Source: Camelus ferus (taxonomy: Eukaryota). From it: DNA of 64,000 nt. The stretch is taken from assembly GCF_009834535.1 (NCBI RefSeq), contig NC_045696.1, positions 11,348,001 through 11,412,000 on the forward strand, in the 5' to 3' direction. This document shows, one piece after another, positions 38,006 through 50,902 of the stretch; the first letter of the stretch is position 1; each line of letters starts with the position of its first letter. Both the position numbers and the translations under genes were made by a program. The notes beneath the pieces were generated by a model, which searched no databases, had not been told where the DNA came from, and saw only the letters and a program-made list of their open reading frames with translations.

Positions 38006-38534
38006 AACCCTAGTAGTTGGAAATGTTTCATCTACAGTTTACTGAAGAGAAAACTCAGATACAGAATTTAAGTAACATGCCTAAGACCACACAACATGTG
38101 GAAGAGCATTTGAGCTCAAGTGTTTGGGCTCCAGGCTGCACCATGTCATGCAGAGCATGACCAGGCAGCTGGCTTTGAGATGAGTGATGGAAGTCTCTCT
38201 ATCCCCTCTATGAAATCTTCAGTAAAATCAGTGTTGCTCACTAGTTCTTTAGGTATGCTGTCCTCTTTCTGGGGCCTGGGAAGAGAGGCTATGTCCTGCT
38301 TTGAGATGGACCAGGGATGAAAACAAGGGTACGTGTGGAAACAGGTGACATCAAGGTTACAAGAAGGCTGAGCAAAGGGAAGGAAAAATTTTTTCTAAGA
38401 CCTAGAGCAGAGGTAGACTAATCTCTCCACAAAATCTCTCATGATGCAATAGTCTCCTTGCTTGCCCAGTCCAAGCCCAACCACAGCATCATAGAAAGAA
38501 GAGAGCCTGAGCCCATTTCCACACATGCTCTGGA

Positions 38535-38932
38535 ACACTCAGAAAAGGCTAAGTCGTGCTGCGGTAACAACGATCCCCAACCCACAATGACTTACAGCCA
38601 CAGAAGTTTATTTCTTGCATAAGTTTCATGTCCATCATGGGAGACTACATCATGCTTCATCTTCCTTGGAATCTAGGCTGATGAAGCAGCCTCTTTCTGG
38701 ATCGTTGTCTGGCTTGTGGAAGAGGGAAAAGATACACAGAAAACCAGGCTTTGGTTCTTAAAGCTTCTGCCTGGAGAGGATGCATGTCAGATGACTTTTG
38801 CTTGCATTTTTGGCAAGAGCAAGTCACATTGCCAAGCCTGATGTTGGAGGATGAGGTGGGGGACAGTGAGGGAGCATCTCCTTCAGGAAGGGCCAGTAAA
38901 TATTTTTGAATAATAATAATACCATCCGTGAC
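38535..38932 (-). mobile_element. MaLR solo LTR, MLT1I/J-like
   Basis: GGCTAAGTCGTGCTGCGGTAACAAC...AGTTTATTTCTTGC...AAAGCTTCTGCCTGGA...GCAAGTCACATTGCCAAGCCTGA. Confidence 0.8.
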
Positions 38933-39907
38933 AGTCTCAAAGCATTAAATCCTTGAGGACAGATGAAAAATTCAGCCTTTAGCACCATAACCCTATAAAG
39001 CACTTTTGCCCTTGAAATTAACACATCCTAGGAGGAGGAAGGAGGAGCATGGAAGAGAAGGGGGAGCAGAGAGGAGCCCCCTAGAGGCCAAAAGTATACG
39101 TTACTAATGACAAGAAAAAGGGGACAGTACAGCTTCAGCTGGTTAAGTGATGAGGGTGAATGCCCTTGGCCCAGGGAGGAGGGGAGGTTACAGAGAGGCC
39201 CATCCAGAACGCAGGCCCAGAGGAGGAGAACCTGGCACAGCCTGGGGCTATTGTCTGGTTAGAAAATAGAACGACTATTTTCCTATGACCCAGTTTTAAT
39301 ACTGTGAGTTTGTAAGGAAGCTGAGGGAGCCAAACTTTAATCTCTAAAGAAGCTTAATTTCTGGTGAAAAAAAAAAGCACTTATCTCCAGATAAGTACAG
39401 TTCAGTTCAAGTCTTAGACTAGAAAAAGTAAGTCAGAGAGGAGAGCAGGTCAGGGTGAGTGGCTCAGAGGGAGTGGTCCTCAGTCTTCTGAGTTCATACG
39501 CTCTGGGGTTGACAGTCAGAGGACAAAAACCACGGCATACACATTTACGAATACACTTATGTGAACTGGGCCAGAATATCTTAAATTAAAAGTGTTATCA
39601 GAATCTGGGATATAACATCATGGGGCCCTGAAGTTTTCCTACAACTCCTAAAACCCACTCCAGAGAGGAACCATCTGATTTGACCTTTCCATTGGCTGTT
39701 TGAGAATTTGAATAATTTTTAAAGGGTTCTGGCCAACTTCCTCATCGAAGATATCATCCAGGGGAAAGTTATGGATTTTGTTGGTTAACAGGCAAAAGCA
39801 GGAGACGTGTGAGCAGACATTTCAACAGGAAAGAGTAGGTTCAAGTTTAACTCTCATGTTTTCCGGACACCAGTAAGTGTGCATGATAAAAAGCAAATGA
39901 CTTACTG

Positions 39908-40360
39908 ATCCAGGTAGGATACATTGGTTCAGCTGCTTTAACAGAGATGAAACTAGGGGCAACTTAGACAAGAAAGAAGGTTTGTTTTCCTCTCCTTTGA
40001 GGTCTGAGTTGTCCAGGGCAGTCTGAGGGGCTGGATGTACAAGCAGTTCTGATCCACCAGGTCAGCCAGGGAGGCGGGTCTTTTCTTCTTGCTGCTCCAC
40101 TGCTCCTGTGGTCTCATCCCCATTGGACCTGGTTCACTCTCCCTAAGTCCACCTTCCAGCCCAGATAAATGGTGTGGCAGGCAAGCACTTCCCTGAAAGG
40201 TGAGATCCTGGGGGTAACACACATCACTTCTGCAGCATCCTATTTGCTGGAACTTAGTCATGTGGGCATGGCTGGCCGCAAGGGAAGCTGGGAAATGTAG
40301 TCCAGCTGGGCAGGTCTATACATCACGGGAGGAAGGGAGGGTAGATCCTGGGGAACCATG
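39908..40360 (-). mobile_element. MaLR solo LTR, MLT1J-like
   Basis: GGTTCAGCTGCTTTAACAGAGA...CATCACTTCTG...GAACTTAGTCATGTGG...GCAAGGGAAGCTGGGAAATGTAGTC. Confidence 0.8.
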
Positions 40361-41704
40361 CTCAGTAAACAGTATATGATATACATCCCTACAAATCAAG
40401 AAACAAAACTCTATGTTGTTAAAAATCCCTGAATAGGATGCTATGGCTAATAACTGCAAATACGAATATTTCTCAAAGTTAAAAGAATCAATGGTCTTCA
40501 GCCCTGGGACCTCTCTTTGGCAACTCGAAGGTCTTTATAGCCATTCACCAGCATGACAGATCCAGAAGGGAGATGCTCTTGGTGAACTGGCCCATGGACC
40601 ACATACTGTCTGGTCCCAAAGTCCCCCACTCAGGACAGCCAAACCTTCAGAGGTCCTGAGTTGCCCCATGACCTGGGACAAAATTGAGGAGAAGAGGGAG
40701 TTTGAAATGAGACCCTCCTCCCCTACTGTGTCTGCTGGACTCTAAGTGGCTGCAAAATTCAACATGCCTCTCATCAAAACAGATCCTCCTGCTTCTTTCC
40801 TGTGCTTTTCTCTCCACGGAGGAATGAGGCACCTTCCTGTCCTCTACCCCTCTCCCCACCACTCTCTTCCTACAGGTATAATGACCCCCCCCCATCAGAT
40901 AGCAAAACAAAAGCCCCCGTGCAATTGGCAAGGTAATCCCTATAAAAGCTAGTTTGTGTTTGTGGTTCTTATATCGCCCCAAATCCCCATTTCAAGCAAG
41001 TAGCCAGGGTTTATAATTCTTCACCAGAGAAGCAAGCTGGGCCCACTGAGGGTGAGTGAGTGATGTCTCACAGGCCACGGACAAGATATAATGCAGAAGG
41101 ACCTTTCCAGTGGTCCATCAGAGTCCCATTAGAGTCCCCACAGGCACTCAGGTTTCCACGGAAACTGCAGCACTGTCCTCGACTGTCCAGGCAGATGCCT
41201 CACAATGTCAGGAAAGCAGGCTGGCTGTCAGCAGGGTGGCGGGTGTCCCGTGACAGCAGGGAGGGAGAGCGCGGCATCGCCCGCAGGTCTGGGATGACAG
41301 TGTGAGGGTCAGGGCAGTGTCCCTGCAAGTTAAGCTGCTGCTAAAAATGGCAGCGGAGACAAGGTTTGCAAAGCAGAAGGACGTTCAGATTAGCCTGGCC
41401 TCCTTCCCCTTCCCTGGGGCCCAGGAGCTGTCTGTGAGCTGTGTCCGGCTGGTGCCACCATGGGCAGCCTGACATTCCTCATCTGTGTCCCTCACTGGGG
41501 TCTCCTAAGGAGATGGACAGATTGGGGAGGGCAGGGTAATGGATAGAAAAAGAGGGGACAGGAGAGAAGGAGAGAAAGAAGCAAGAGAAATGTTGGAAGG
41601 GGGTGGAGGAAGGGAGGGAGGGAGGAAGGAAGGAAGGAAGGTTATTTTGTTAGCTCAGTTTAGGGGCCCAGGCATTTCCATTTCAAACTCCTCCTCATCC
41701 CAGG

Positions 41705-42159
41705 TGTTATGGATTCAGTTGTATCCCCCACCCTGGAAAAAAAACAAAAAGAGACATGTTGGTATCCTAACCCCCAGTACCTCAGAATGTGACCTTATTT
41801 GGAAATAAGGTCATTGCAGATGTAATTAGCTAAGATGAGGTCATATTGGAGTAAGACAGACCCCCTACTTGAATATGACTGGTGTTCTTTTAAAAAGACA
41901 CAGAGACACAGGGAGAGGCCATGTGAAGATGGAGGCGGGTTGGAGTGATGCTGCCACAAGCCGAGCAACATCTGGAGCTACTGGAATCTGGAAGAGGCAA
42001 GGAAGGCTCCTTCCCCTGCAGGTTTCAAAGGGAGCACGGCCTGGCTGACAACTTGATTTTGGACTTTTAGCCTTCAGATCTGTGAGATAATAGATTTCTG
42101 TTGTTCTAAGCCACCCAGTTTATGATACTTTGTTATAATAGCTCTAGGAAATTAGGACA
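41705..42159 (+). mobile_element. MaLR solo LTR, MLT1C-like
   Basis: TGTTATGG start; CCTCAGAATGTGACCTTATTTGGAAATAAGGTCATTGCAGATGTAATTAG; AAGCCACCCAGTTT...TTTGTTA...CTAGGAAATTAGGACA end. Confidence 0.93.
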
Positions 42160-42884
42160 CAAGATTCTGGAATGAGGTTGAGGGCCCTTGAGGAAGGTGG
42201 CCACAACAGTGGAGCTGGCCACTCCTGGTCAAATGGTGGTGGATCCTGGGGGCTGAGTGGCCATGGAGACGGTCCTTGGCAAAGAGCCCACCCTTGGCAT
42301 GGGGGTGGCAGAAAGGGTGAGGGCACAGGCAGGTGATGGGACATTTGCAGCTCATGAGGCTGGGGCAGTCTGCTGATTGTGATCTTTGCTGCAGGGTGCC
42401 TCCTGGACATGAGGACAGTGCCCCTTGTAGCTTTGTAGTGGCCATGTTTTCAGACTCCTTTAAACTCTCTTTATCCTGGCCTCCTCCACTTCTTCCCACA
42501 TCCCTTCTAACAAAAGCTCTCATCTTTCCCTACAGATGCTTTGGTGGTCAGATGTAGAAAATACTTGGTTGTCCAGTAAAATCAGAATATTGCAAAGCTG
42601 CAGTGGGGGGAAAAAAGGAGTTCTTATTCCTAGAGCCTTCCCAGGGGAACAGGGGCTTCTCCAGAAGTGTGCTTTCTTCTGGAGGAGATGGGGTACTTGC
42701 GTTCCAGTCTGGGAAAGGTTTTCCTCTCCCACCAAGAGCCAACTGACACTTCTAAGAAGAAAGTTGGGTTGGAAGGGAGAGAGAAGAAGCAGGTAGTCTG
42801 TTTCCTGAAATTCATCCATGAAAATCATGTCTCTCTTCAGCTGTGGTCAGGAAAATGATCCCAGGCAGAAAAATAAAAGAGCAG

Positions 42885-43651
42885 TAAAAATTAACCCAAA
42901 ATATATCCTCGACCCAAATGTAAAACACAAAACTATAAAACTCCTAGAAAATAACGCAGGAGAAAACACATGACCTTGAATATGTAGATGCTTTTTTAGA
43001 TACAATGACATGATCCATGAAAGAAAGAATTGATAAGCTAATTTTAACTTAATTAAAACTAAAGCTTCTTCTCTGTGAAAGTCAATATTAAGAAATTAGA
43101 AGACAAGACACATTGGAAAAAATATTCGCAAAAGACACATCTGATAAAGGACTGTTACCCAAAATACACAAAGAAGTCTTAACATTCAACAGTAAGAAAA
43201 CAAACAACCCAATTAGAAAATGGGTCAAGATTTTAACAGACATCCCACCAAAGAAGCCATACAGGTGACGAATAAGCATATGAAAAGATGTTCCACATCA
43301 TTTGTCATGGGAGAAATACAGCTTAAAACAAGGTATCAGTGCACACCTATTAGAATAGCCAGAATCTGGAACACCAACATCAAATGCTGGCAAGCGTGTG
43401 GAGAAACAGGAACTCTCACACATTGCTGGTGGGAGTGCAAAATGCTACAGCCACTTTGGAAGATAGTTGGCAATTTCTTACAAAACTAAACATTCCCTTA
43501 TCATATGATCCAGCAATTGTGTTTCTTGGTTTTTACCCAAAGGAGTTGAAAACTTGTGTCTACACAAAAATCTACACACGATGTTTATAGAAACTATTCG
43601 TGGTTGTCAAAACTTCAAAGCAAACAAGATATCCTTCAGTAGGTGAATGGA
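42885..43651 (+). mobile_element. L1 ORF2 3' region fragment (L1MA/MB-class), frameshifted
   Basis: ORFs 43220-43489 (NKHMKRCSTS...GETGTLTHCWWECKMLQPLWK) and 43384-43590 (LSYDPAIVFLGFYPKELKT) are L1 ORF2. Confidence 0.92.
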
Positions 43652-43714
43652 CTTAAGGAGCCATCAAGATTAGAACCTACGTGGGGAGACTCCGTCTCTT
43701 TAGCTACACTGGAC

Positions 43715-44203
43715 TATCTCGTTGTTACACACTGGATTCCACTAATAATATTCCCCCCAAATACGGCAGCTTCAGTGAGCTGAAGACTTATTTCTCTCTC
43801 ATGAAACAGTCCAGACAAGTGGTGCAGGTTCTCAGCACCACTTGTTCTCAGCTGTGTGTGGACCCAGGACCTTCCCAGCTCCTTGCTTTACCATCCATAA
43901 AGTCTTCTCTTTGAACAAATTGTCAAAGTTGGCTCTCCACCATCTTCACATCCCAGCCCATGTGAAAGGGACAAGGAAGGAAGGAAGCAGGAACATCTTT
44001 CCTATTATGGGAACACCCCAGAAGATGCACCCTCTGTTTCTGCTCATGTCCCAGTGTCCTGAAACTGACCATATAATTGGTCATACTTAGCTGCAAGGGA
44101 GGTTGGGAAACACTGCCTTTTAGCTGGATTGACCAAGCTGAAACTTCTATTACTATGGAAAGGAGAAAAGAATATTGTAGGAAACAAGAGCAGTCCCCAC
44201 CAC
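43715..44203 (-). mobile_element. MaLR solo LTR, MLT1J-like
   Basis: TTATTTCTCTCTCATGAAACAGTCCAG...CTTAGCTGCAAGGGAGGTTGGGAAA...CCCCACCACA. Confidence 0.78.
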
Positions 44204-44334
44204 AAAGCTAATAGGGATTTCCTTCATCAGAGCTCATACAGAAGGGATGAAGTTTGTCCAGGAAGTGGGCATAACCTGGATCAGGACTCTCTGATCTGTT
44301 TCCCCAACGTGTGCTCTTGGACTTCACAGTGACC

Positions 44335-44825
44335 TCCCTAGTTTAGGTCTTCAAGCCTCTGGACTATTTCCATAGTTGGTCTTTTTAGCTCCTGTTTCTT
44401 TCCCATATAATTTTATATATCACCAACAATATTCTAAGTTGCATTCTAAAATTCAAATCTAATTATGTCAATTCCCTGCTTAAAGCCTTTTGATGGCTCT
44501 CCACTGCCTAGAGGACCAAGTCCCATGCACTTGGCAAGGCACTGGAATCCTGGTCAACTTTTAACTCCCACCTTGGGCTGCCACCACATCATTACCCTAA
44601 GCTGGAGGCATGGAGACATTAATAGCTCTCAAACTGCTACAACCTCCCACTTGTATACCATGTTTCATTGCCCTTGTATATGATGTTTCTTCTGCCTGGA
44701 AGGCCCATCCTTGCTTTGTCCTTCAGATGAACTCAGTCTTCAAAGGTTGAGGCTCAAGATGTAGTTCCAATGTCCTTCCTCTGTAAATGTAAATTTCTTC
44801 ACGCCCTCCAGGCAGGGTCAGTCGC
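44335..44825 (+). mobile_element. L2 fragment
   Basis: TTCTAAAATTCAAATCTAATTATGTCAATTCCCTGCTTAAAGCCTTTTGATGGCTCTCCACTGCC...TCTGCCTGGAAGGCCC. Confidence 0.8.
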
Positions 44826-44827
44826 AC

Positions 44828-45050
44828 AGAGAGTAGTGGGAAGCTGGCAGGCCTTGGAGTTAGACACCCTCGATGCAGCACCCAACTCTGCCACTTACTA
44901 GCTGGGCAAACCTGGACAATTTCTTAAACTTCATTTTTCTTCATTTTTCTTATCTATAGGATGGAGCCAGTCATACTTACATCATACCATTATTATGAAA
45001 AATAAATAAGATTTGCATATACAATTCCTGACCCATAAAAGGTGTTCAAC
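44828..45050 (+). mobile_element. MIR SINE
   Basis: CTTGGAGTTAGACA...CTCTGCCACTTACTAGCTGGGCAAACCTGGACAA...TTATCTATAGGATGG. Confidence 0.78.
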
Positions 45051-45130
45051 TCACAAAAATATTCTTAAAATGATTAGTCTGTGAGTGAGTTAGGGTAAAG
45101 CTGAACTACTGTAACAGGTATACCCTAATA

Positions 45131-45543
45131 GAATGTCTGGAGAAATGGAATGATCTTTATCTTGAGAGGAACTCGGGTTATGTGGGGGTGTATTTGTCAA
45201 AACTCAACCATTATGCATTTAAGGTTTATGCATTTCACTGTATGTAAAATATTCATGAAGAGGAAAACAGTTATTGAGGTCTAAGTAGTAATACACAGGC
45301 CAACGTACTAAGGAAAAGTATACAGATGTCGGCAATATACTTTGAATTGTGTCCAAAAAGTGAAAAGGACTGAAGGATGGATAGTTAGGTGGAAAGATGG
45401 ATAGATTTGCAGTTTTTTTAAAAAGGGTAGTGAAATGTTAATGGTAGATTCAAGCTCTGGGCATATGGCTGCCCACTGAACAATTTTTTTTTTTAAACTT
45501 TGCTCTATGTTTGATATTTTTTGTAATAAAAACAAATAAAAAG
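45131..45543 (+). mobile_element. Old L1 3' end (L1MC/MD/ME-class) inserted into a minus-strand MLT1 LTR (about 45080-45130 and 45544-45950)
   Basis: TATTTGTCAAAACTCA...TTTATGCATTTCACTGTATGTAAA...GTAATAAAAAC; flanks rejoin as the MLT1 sequence CTACTGTAACAG...CCC...AGTGGCTTTAA. Confidence 0.7.
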
Positions 45544-46856
45544 ACCCCATCATAAAGTGGCTTTAAATTTCTCCTTGTTTTTCTCCACCTCAAGTAACAG
45601 TTCCAGAGTGAGTGTGCCAGGTTTGTGGGCAGTTCTGTCCCATCTGCTCATTCAGGGGTGCCAGGCTTGTGGGCAGGGACTCAATTTTTTTCCAAGTTGT
45701 CAAGTCATTGCTCCATCAGCCTATAGACCCAAGGACATTGTCCTCATCTATGGCCAAAGCTGGACCACTCTGTCCCGGTTCCAAGGGAAAGAGTGTGATA
45801 GACATGCCATCTCTTGAGGCTTAGATTCAACTGTAGACAGCATGACTTTTGTCGATACTCCATGGCGAGAACTGAGTCTTGTGACCACATGTGACCTCAG
45901 AAGAGGCTGGGAAATAAGTAAGTCTATGCTCAGGAAGAAGGGGAGTATCCCCCACTCTGTGTTCTCTGAGGACACTCCAGACAGCCATTTATCACACTGG
46001 ACTGTAGTCATTTGGAACCTGCAAACTGCTTGAGAGCAGAAATAGTGCTTTGAACCTCTTAAAATCACAAAGCCTGAAATGAGATAGGTGTTGAAAAAAA
46101 TGTTTGGTAAATGAATGAATGCATGAAAATAAAAATGCATAAATAAATCAGATGAAGAATTAATAATACCTTCTGGAACCATACATTTCTCAGTATGTAC
46201 CTGCTCTTACTTATGGAAAGCAAGCTGTCTCTTGATACTGTAGATCTATAATATACCAATTCATCCCAAATCAAGTAATTCCTTATTGAATTTAAGCCTG
46301 CCTCCCTCCCATCCATCCTCTTTCCTCAAGCTTTATCTTCATGAGGGATAAGAACTACTCTTTTACAAAGTTTACCAAACAATCTATGTGCCTTGGAAGA
46401 AGAACATTTAACCTGATTAAGAATGAAAACTATTTTCCACATTATTAAAGCACTTGAGAAACACCAATTTGGATTAAAATAATGTGAAATGGCACATGAA
46501 AATTGTCTACTTATTATAATCGACCCATAAGACTTTTACTTAATTACCATTAAAAAAAAAGTCTATGTAGGTGCTTAGAAGTAATATAATTGTGTTTCTT
46601 CTATTATATTCTGTAATTCTAACTTTCATTAACTTGTATTGAGTTCTTTGCCAATTGATCCAAATTATTGTGTTTTTACCGCAATTCTCCAACATTTAAT
46701 CTGAGATTTAAGGAAACATGATAGTACTGTAAATGGCATTTAGCTCAAGTTTTAATTGGATCACTACTGAAAAAAAGAATAGAAAATCTAACTTTCTCTA
46801 TTTTGATGAGTTTGCCTTATAAAACCTACAGAACTGTCCTTTCCAGCTGTCATGTC

Positions 46857-46884
46857 TTTTTTTTTTTTTTTTTTTTTTTTTTTT
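46857..46884. repeat. Poly(T) tract
   Basis: Read directly from the sequence. Confidence 0.95.
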
Positions 46885-47456
46885 CTGCTGTTCAATTCAG
46901 GGACCTCCTGCTTTTCTGCATTCACATCAAGATCTCCACATGTAGCTGTGCGGTAAAGAGTGAATTTCCCAGGTTATTTTAACTGGATCATTTTGTGTCT
47001 GTATATTGGAACTTGTATAAATCAAGCTGGTATGATATGCAAACACTAGCCCAGAAGATGTGGTGAATTCTGAAGCTTCAGGAGTTGACTGTCACAAAAA
47101 GGATCTCATTTGGATAGGTATGAGCCTGGGTGTGTGTCTGATCAGAGAAGGCAGTAATACAGAAAAGTAAGAATTCTATAGGAGAACAAGCAAAAAGAAG
47201 GATGGCTTGGACATGAAGCAGTGAAAGCTGCAAAGGGCAACTAGGAGGTCAGTGGTGGGAAGAGGCTGCTGTAAGCAGCCTGGGAGGACTAGAGGAGACC
47301 TGTCAACTTGGACAGGAATAAGACTGGAATATCTCCAAAGTCTGGAATGAAGATGCTGATTGCTTCTCATGGGAATTCTGGCCAGGTGGGTTAATGCTGG
47401 AATTCCACTTTTTAGAGTTGCAAAGTTCAGGACTGCCATCACATCTGTCACTAATA

Positions 47457-48612
47457 TGTTGTGGGTCTCCAAGAACATTTTCACTTTGACACCAATTGCA
47501 AGTTTGAGCCAAGACCATTACCTGAAAACTGGGTTTGCTTCTTGGTGGGTGTGGAGCCAAAAGATACAACCAGGTCAAAAACTGGGAGAAAGAAAGATTT
47601 ATTACTTGCAGCAAGTAAGGCGGATGCTAGGGATCTGGCCCAAAGCAGTGTCTCTCCCAAACTGGGGAGGTTTGAAGCTAAAGGAACACGCGTATTCATG
47701 AAGGGGTTTGGGCGGTAGAGAGAGCCCAAGCTTTAGTTGATGGAAGAAGTCATGAGGGTCAGAAAAGGTCAACATCATCATCCCTTCGGTTCCAGTTGAT
47801 CTGGTGGTTGAGCTCTTCAGCTCTTCTTTACAGTTGCCCCAGAACTGGGAGACTTTACAATTGACTGTTATCTTTGCTATTGTCAAGTTCCTTACCTAAC
47901 AACAGTCATTTGTTTCTGCATTCTTTTGTTCCTTTAAAATCATTAATTACTGAGACCTATGCAAGAACAAGCATTGTGGCTTAGGTCACAAAATGGCTCA
48001 GGCCAAAAATGGCTTCTCTTATGTCAAGAGAGCCATGCCTGGTTCTCATTCTCCAGGGACCCCCTACCCTTATCTGCTTACAAGACCACCTTCAGGTTCA
48101 ATAATTTATTAGAAGGACTCATAGAGCTCAGAAAAGTCATTATACTCATGGCTACAGTTTATTAAAGTGAAAGGATACTGATTAAAATCAGCCAAGGGAA
48201 GAGAGCATAAGGCAGGGTCTAAGAGTCATCAGATGCAAGCTGTACCAACGGCACCGAATTCTCCGTGATACTTTATGATGTGCAGCAATATGCATGGAAT
48301 ATTATTAACCAGGGAAGCCTGTGCCTTGGTGTCCAGGGTTTTTACTGGAGCTCAGTCATGTAGACATGGTTGGTGACTGCATGGCTGACCTTTGTCTCCA
48401 GCCCCTCCAGAGGTCAAGTTAATACCATGTGGCCCAAGGTCCCCCACCATAAATAACATTGTTAGCATAAACTTTCCAGTCATGGCCCAAGACTCCTGGA
48501 TAAACAAGGCATACTTATCAGGCAGGGCATTCCAAGGGCTTACAGGCTATCTCAGCAGCTGAGGGCAAAGTTCCAACCTTTCTTTGAGCAAGGTAAGTCC
48601 TGTACCACACAC
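47457..48612 (-). mobile_element. MER21-like ERVL LTR interrupted by a younger LTR
   Basis: GACACCAATTGCAAGTT...AAGACCACCTTCAGGTTCAATAATTTATTAGAAGGACTCA...GATTAAAATCAGCCAAGGGAAGAG...GGTGTCCAGGGTTTTTACTGGAG. Confidence 0.88.
47516..48082 (-). mobile_element. Lineage-specific ERV1-type solo LTR nested in MER21
   Basis: Perfect 4-bp TSD AGAC (47512-47515 / 48083-48086); reverse complement starts TGTAAGCAGATAAGGGTAGGGG; AATAAA on the minus strand near 47598. Confidence 0.88.
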
Positions 48613-49391
48613 AAGGGTCATTCTTGATTAGCGGCCCTATCCCCAGGGCAGATCAAAGGATCATGTCCATAGCAGAGCATCAGATAGAAACTCAGCTGTT
48701 CTTGTATTCAAGGGATAATCTCAGAACTACCATAGGAGATAAAGCCCCAAAGTCTGGACAAGGAAGATGAGCAGACATGAAGGTGGGAGTCACATCCAGG
48801 GCTGAGATACCAAGAACTTGTTCTTACTGGGTGCTTCTCCTGTGCTGCTTGGGTTCCTCTCTCTGGGTAAAAAGTCTGGGACTGGAGTGGCCCAACTGAA
48901 AAATATCCAACCAAATAGATATTTGGGATCACATTGGTTATGATGACTAATCTGGGCACCCGAAATTTTCCTTCTATATATAGTTTGACCTGGTTGTAGA
49001 GCAGATAATTGTATCCAGAATAACCAGCACTCCAATTAGGCTGATGGACAAGCACAGGGCCTGGGTGTAGGAGTAGACAATAGTCTCCAAATGGCATTCA
49101 AAGAGGCCAAGCTCCCCTTCTTCTTGCGTTGGGAAGCAGGAGTGACCACAGGTGAATTCAAATTTCCTCAGGAAGATTCTTCACAAGCTCAAGAATAGCA
49201 GAGTCTATACCCACTGTCTGTCCTGCCAGGAGAAGAAACAATCCAAAACCAGGCTCCTCCACCATTTCTTAGACTAGGTTATATTGGATTGGAATGGGAT
49301 TACTGAGCACAGAGCATCTCTAAGCCAGAAATCAGATGGAAGATGCTTATAAAAAGACTTTGGCAAAGCCTGTAGCCAGCACAGTCACTTA

Positions 49392-49560
49392 ATCAATTTA
49401 TACTTAATATTTATTGAACACTTCCTGTGTACCTGTCAGTGGATTAACTCCAGGGATATCACCATAAAGCTTACTACTAAGGAGCTTATGTTCCACTCTA
49501 AGTCAGACATTTATTGAATGCCCACTAAGTGCAAGGTACACATTCTCGTATTTGTCCAGG
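49392..49560 (-). mobile_element. L2 3' end fragments
   Basis: AATATTTATTGAACACTTCCTGTGTACC; CAGACATTTATTGAATGCCCACTAAGTGCAAGG. Confidence 0.65.
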
Positions 49561-50434
49561 GTCTATATAGATTATGTGATGGTGGCATCTGGTTTGTCCA
49601 TGAAAGGTAGTAGTTAGGGTCTAGTTGTTGCTCTACCTTCTCTTCCTGGATCCCCATGGGTTTCAGAGCTTTGGAGGAGTTCTAGAATCCCTAGTGACCA
49701 AGAAAAGGAAAATGCTGTGAATGATTAGGGAAAGGACTGAGCAAATCAGCTGGACACCTGGTACTAAAGTGAATGGCTGGAGTACATTCTGATCTGGCAG
49801 GTTCAACCCACACAAGTTTTTAATTTGGAATATCAATTTGGCTGGATCCTCTCCTGCAAGGGTTCCTCTCCATCAAGGGCTTTCTCTTCTCAGAGGAGTC
49901 CTGGGCTTGATGGACAAAGATTGCCTTAGAGGACACTTTCTGGAAACTTCCACTTCTCTCCTTGAATGATGACCTTTTTCTTCCCCACAACTTATAAGCC
50001 CTAAGGATTCATCTCTGGGCAATGAGCAAATATTAAGAATCATTTCCCTATTTCATTCACCTCAGGACCCAATGTGGTATTTGATTCTGATAAGGCTTCT
50101 TTGTGCGTGAGAAACTGTTCTGAAATCTCCCAACAAAAAAACAAGTCATATTATATTGCATGTATGGGAAATCCACACCATTGCCCCTCCTCCCTAGTGA
50201 GGGTAATTGCTGCCAATTCATGGTGCTATTGTGAAAATGAGTCATTTGGAGGAGTTCCAAAATAAGCAAAGAAAGGAGGATAGCAGATTGGACTGATGGA
50301 TTTGGTGGCATTAAATCACAGATCTAAATGTGGTATACTTTGTAGAGTTGCATTTTTAATCTTTATTGAGAATGTTGATTAAAGAAAGAAGTTACCTTGA
50401 TTTGTGACATTTGGTAATATGATTATATTACCCT

Positions 50435-50598
50435 TTAAAAATTTTTATTTTTGACTAGATAATACATGCACGTGTTTTGAAACAAAATGACATGCAAATG
50501 TCCACATTAAGAAGTCATGCTCCTAATCTTCCCCCATTAGCTCTTTCCCCAGAGGCAGCCACTTTTGCATCATTTTGTTTCTTTATGCAAATACAAGA
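50435..50598 (-). mobile_element. Ancient L1 3' end (L1ME-class)
   Basis: TAATACATGCAC...TCCCCAGAGGCAGCCACTTT antisense L1ME tail motifs. Confidence 0.55.
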
Positions 50599-50902
50599 AA
50601 TGAGGTTTCATCTTTGGTTTGGGGAACCCCACACTAGAATTCAGAGCTTGTTCTCTAACTGTAAATTCAAATTAACAGATAACTCTCCAGCCTTCTCCAC
50701 AGCGAGGGCAAGATCATATGATCTAGGCTCAGCCAAAGTTGGAATTGGAGGGAGGTGACATCCTAAAGCCAGCTCAGGGGAGAGTCTTTTCCATTGCAGG
50801 AGCAGCTACATCTCATTTCCAGAGCCAGTGAAGCTACTGGTTCAAACTGTAGCATTTGGGGTCCAGGGCCAATGGGATCAGCAGTGCACACTGAGGCATT
50901 TG

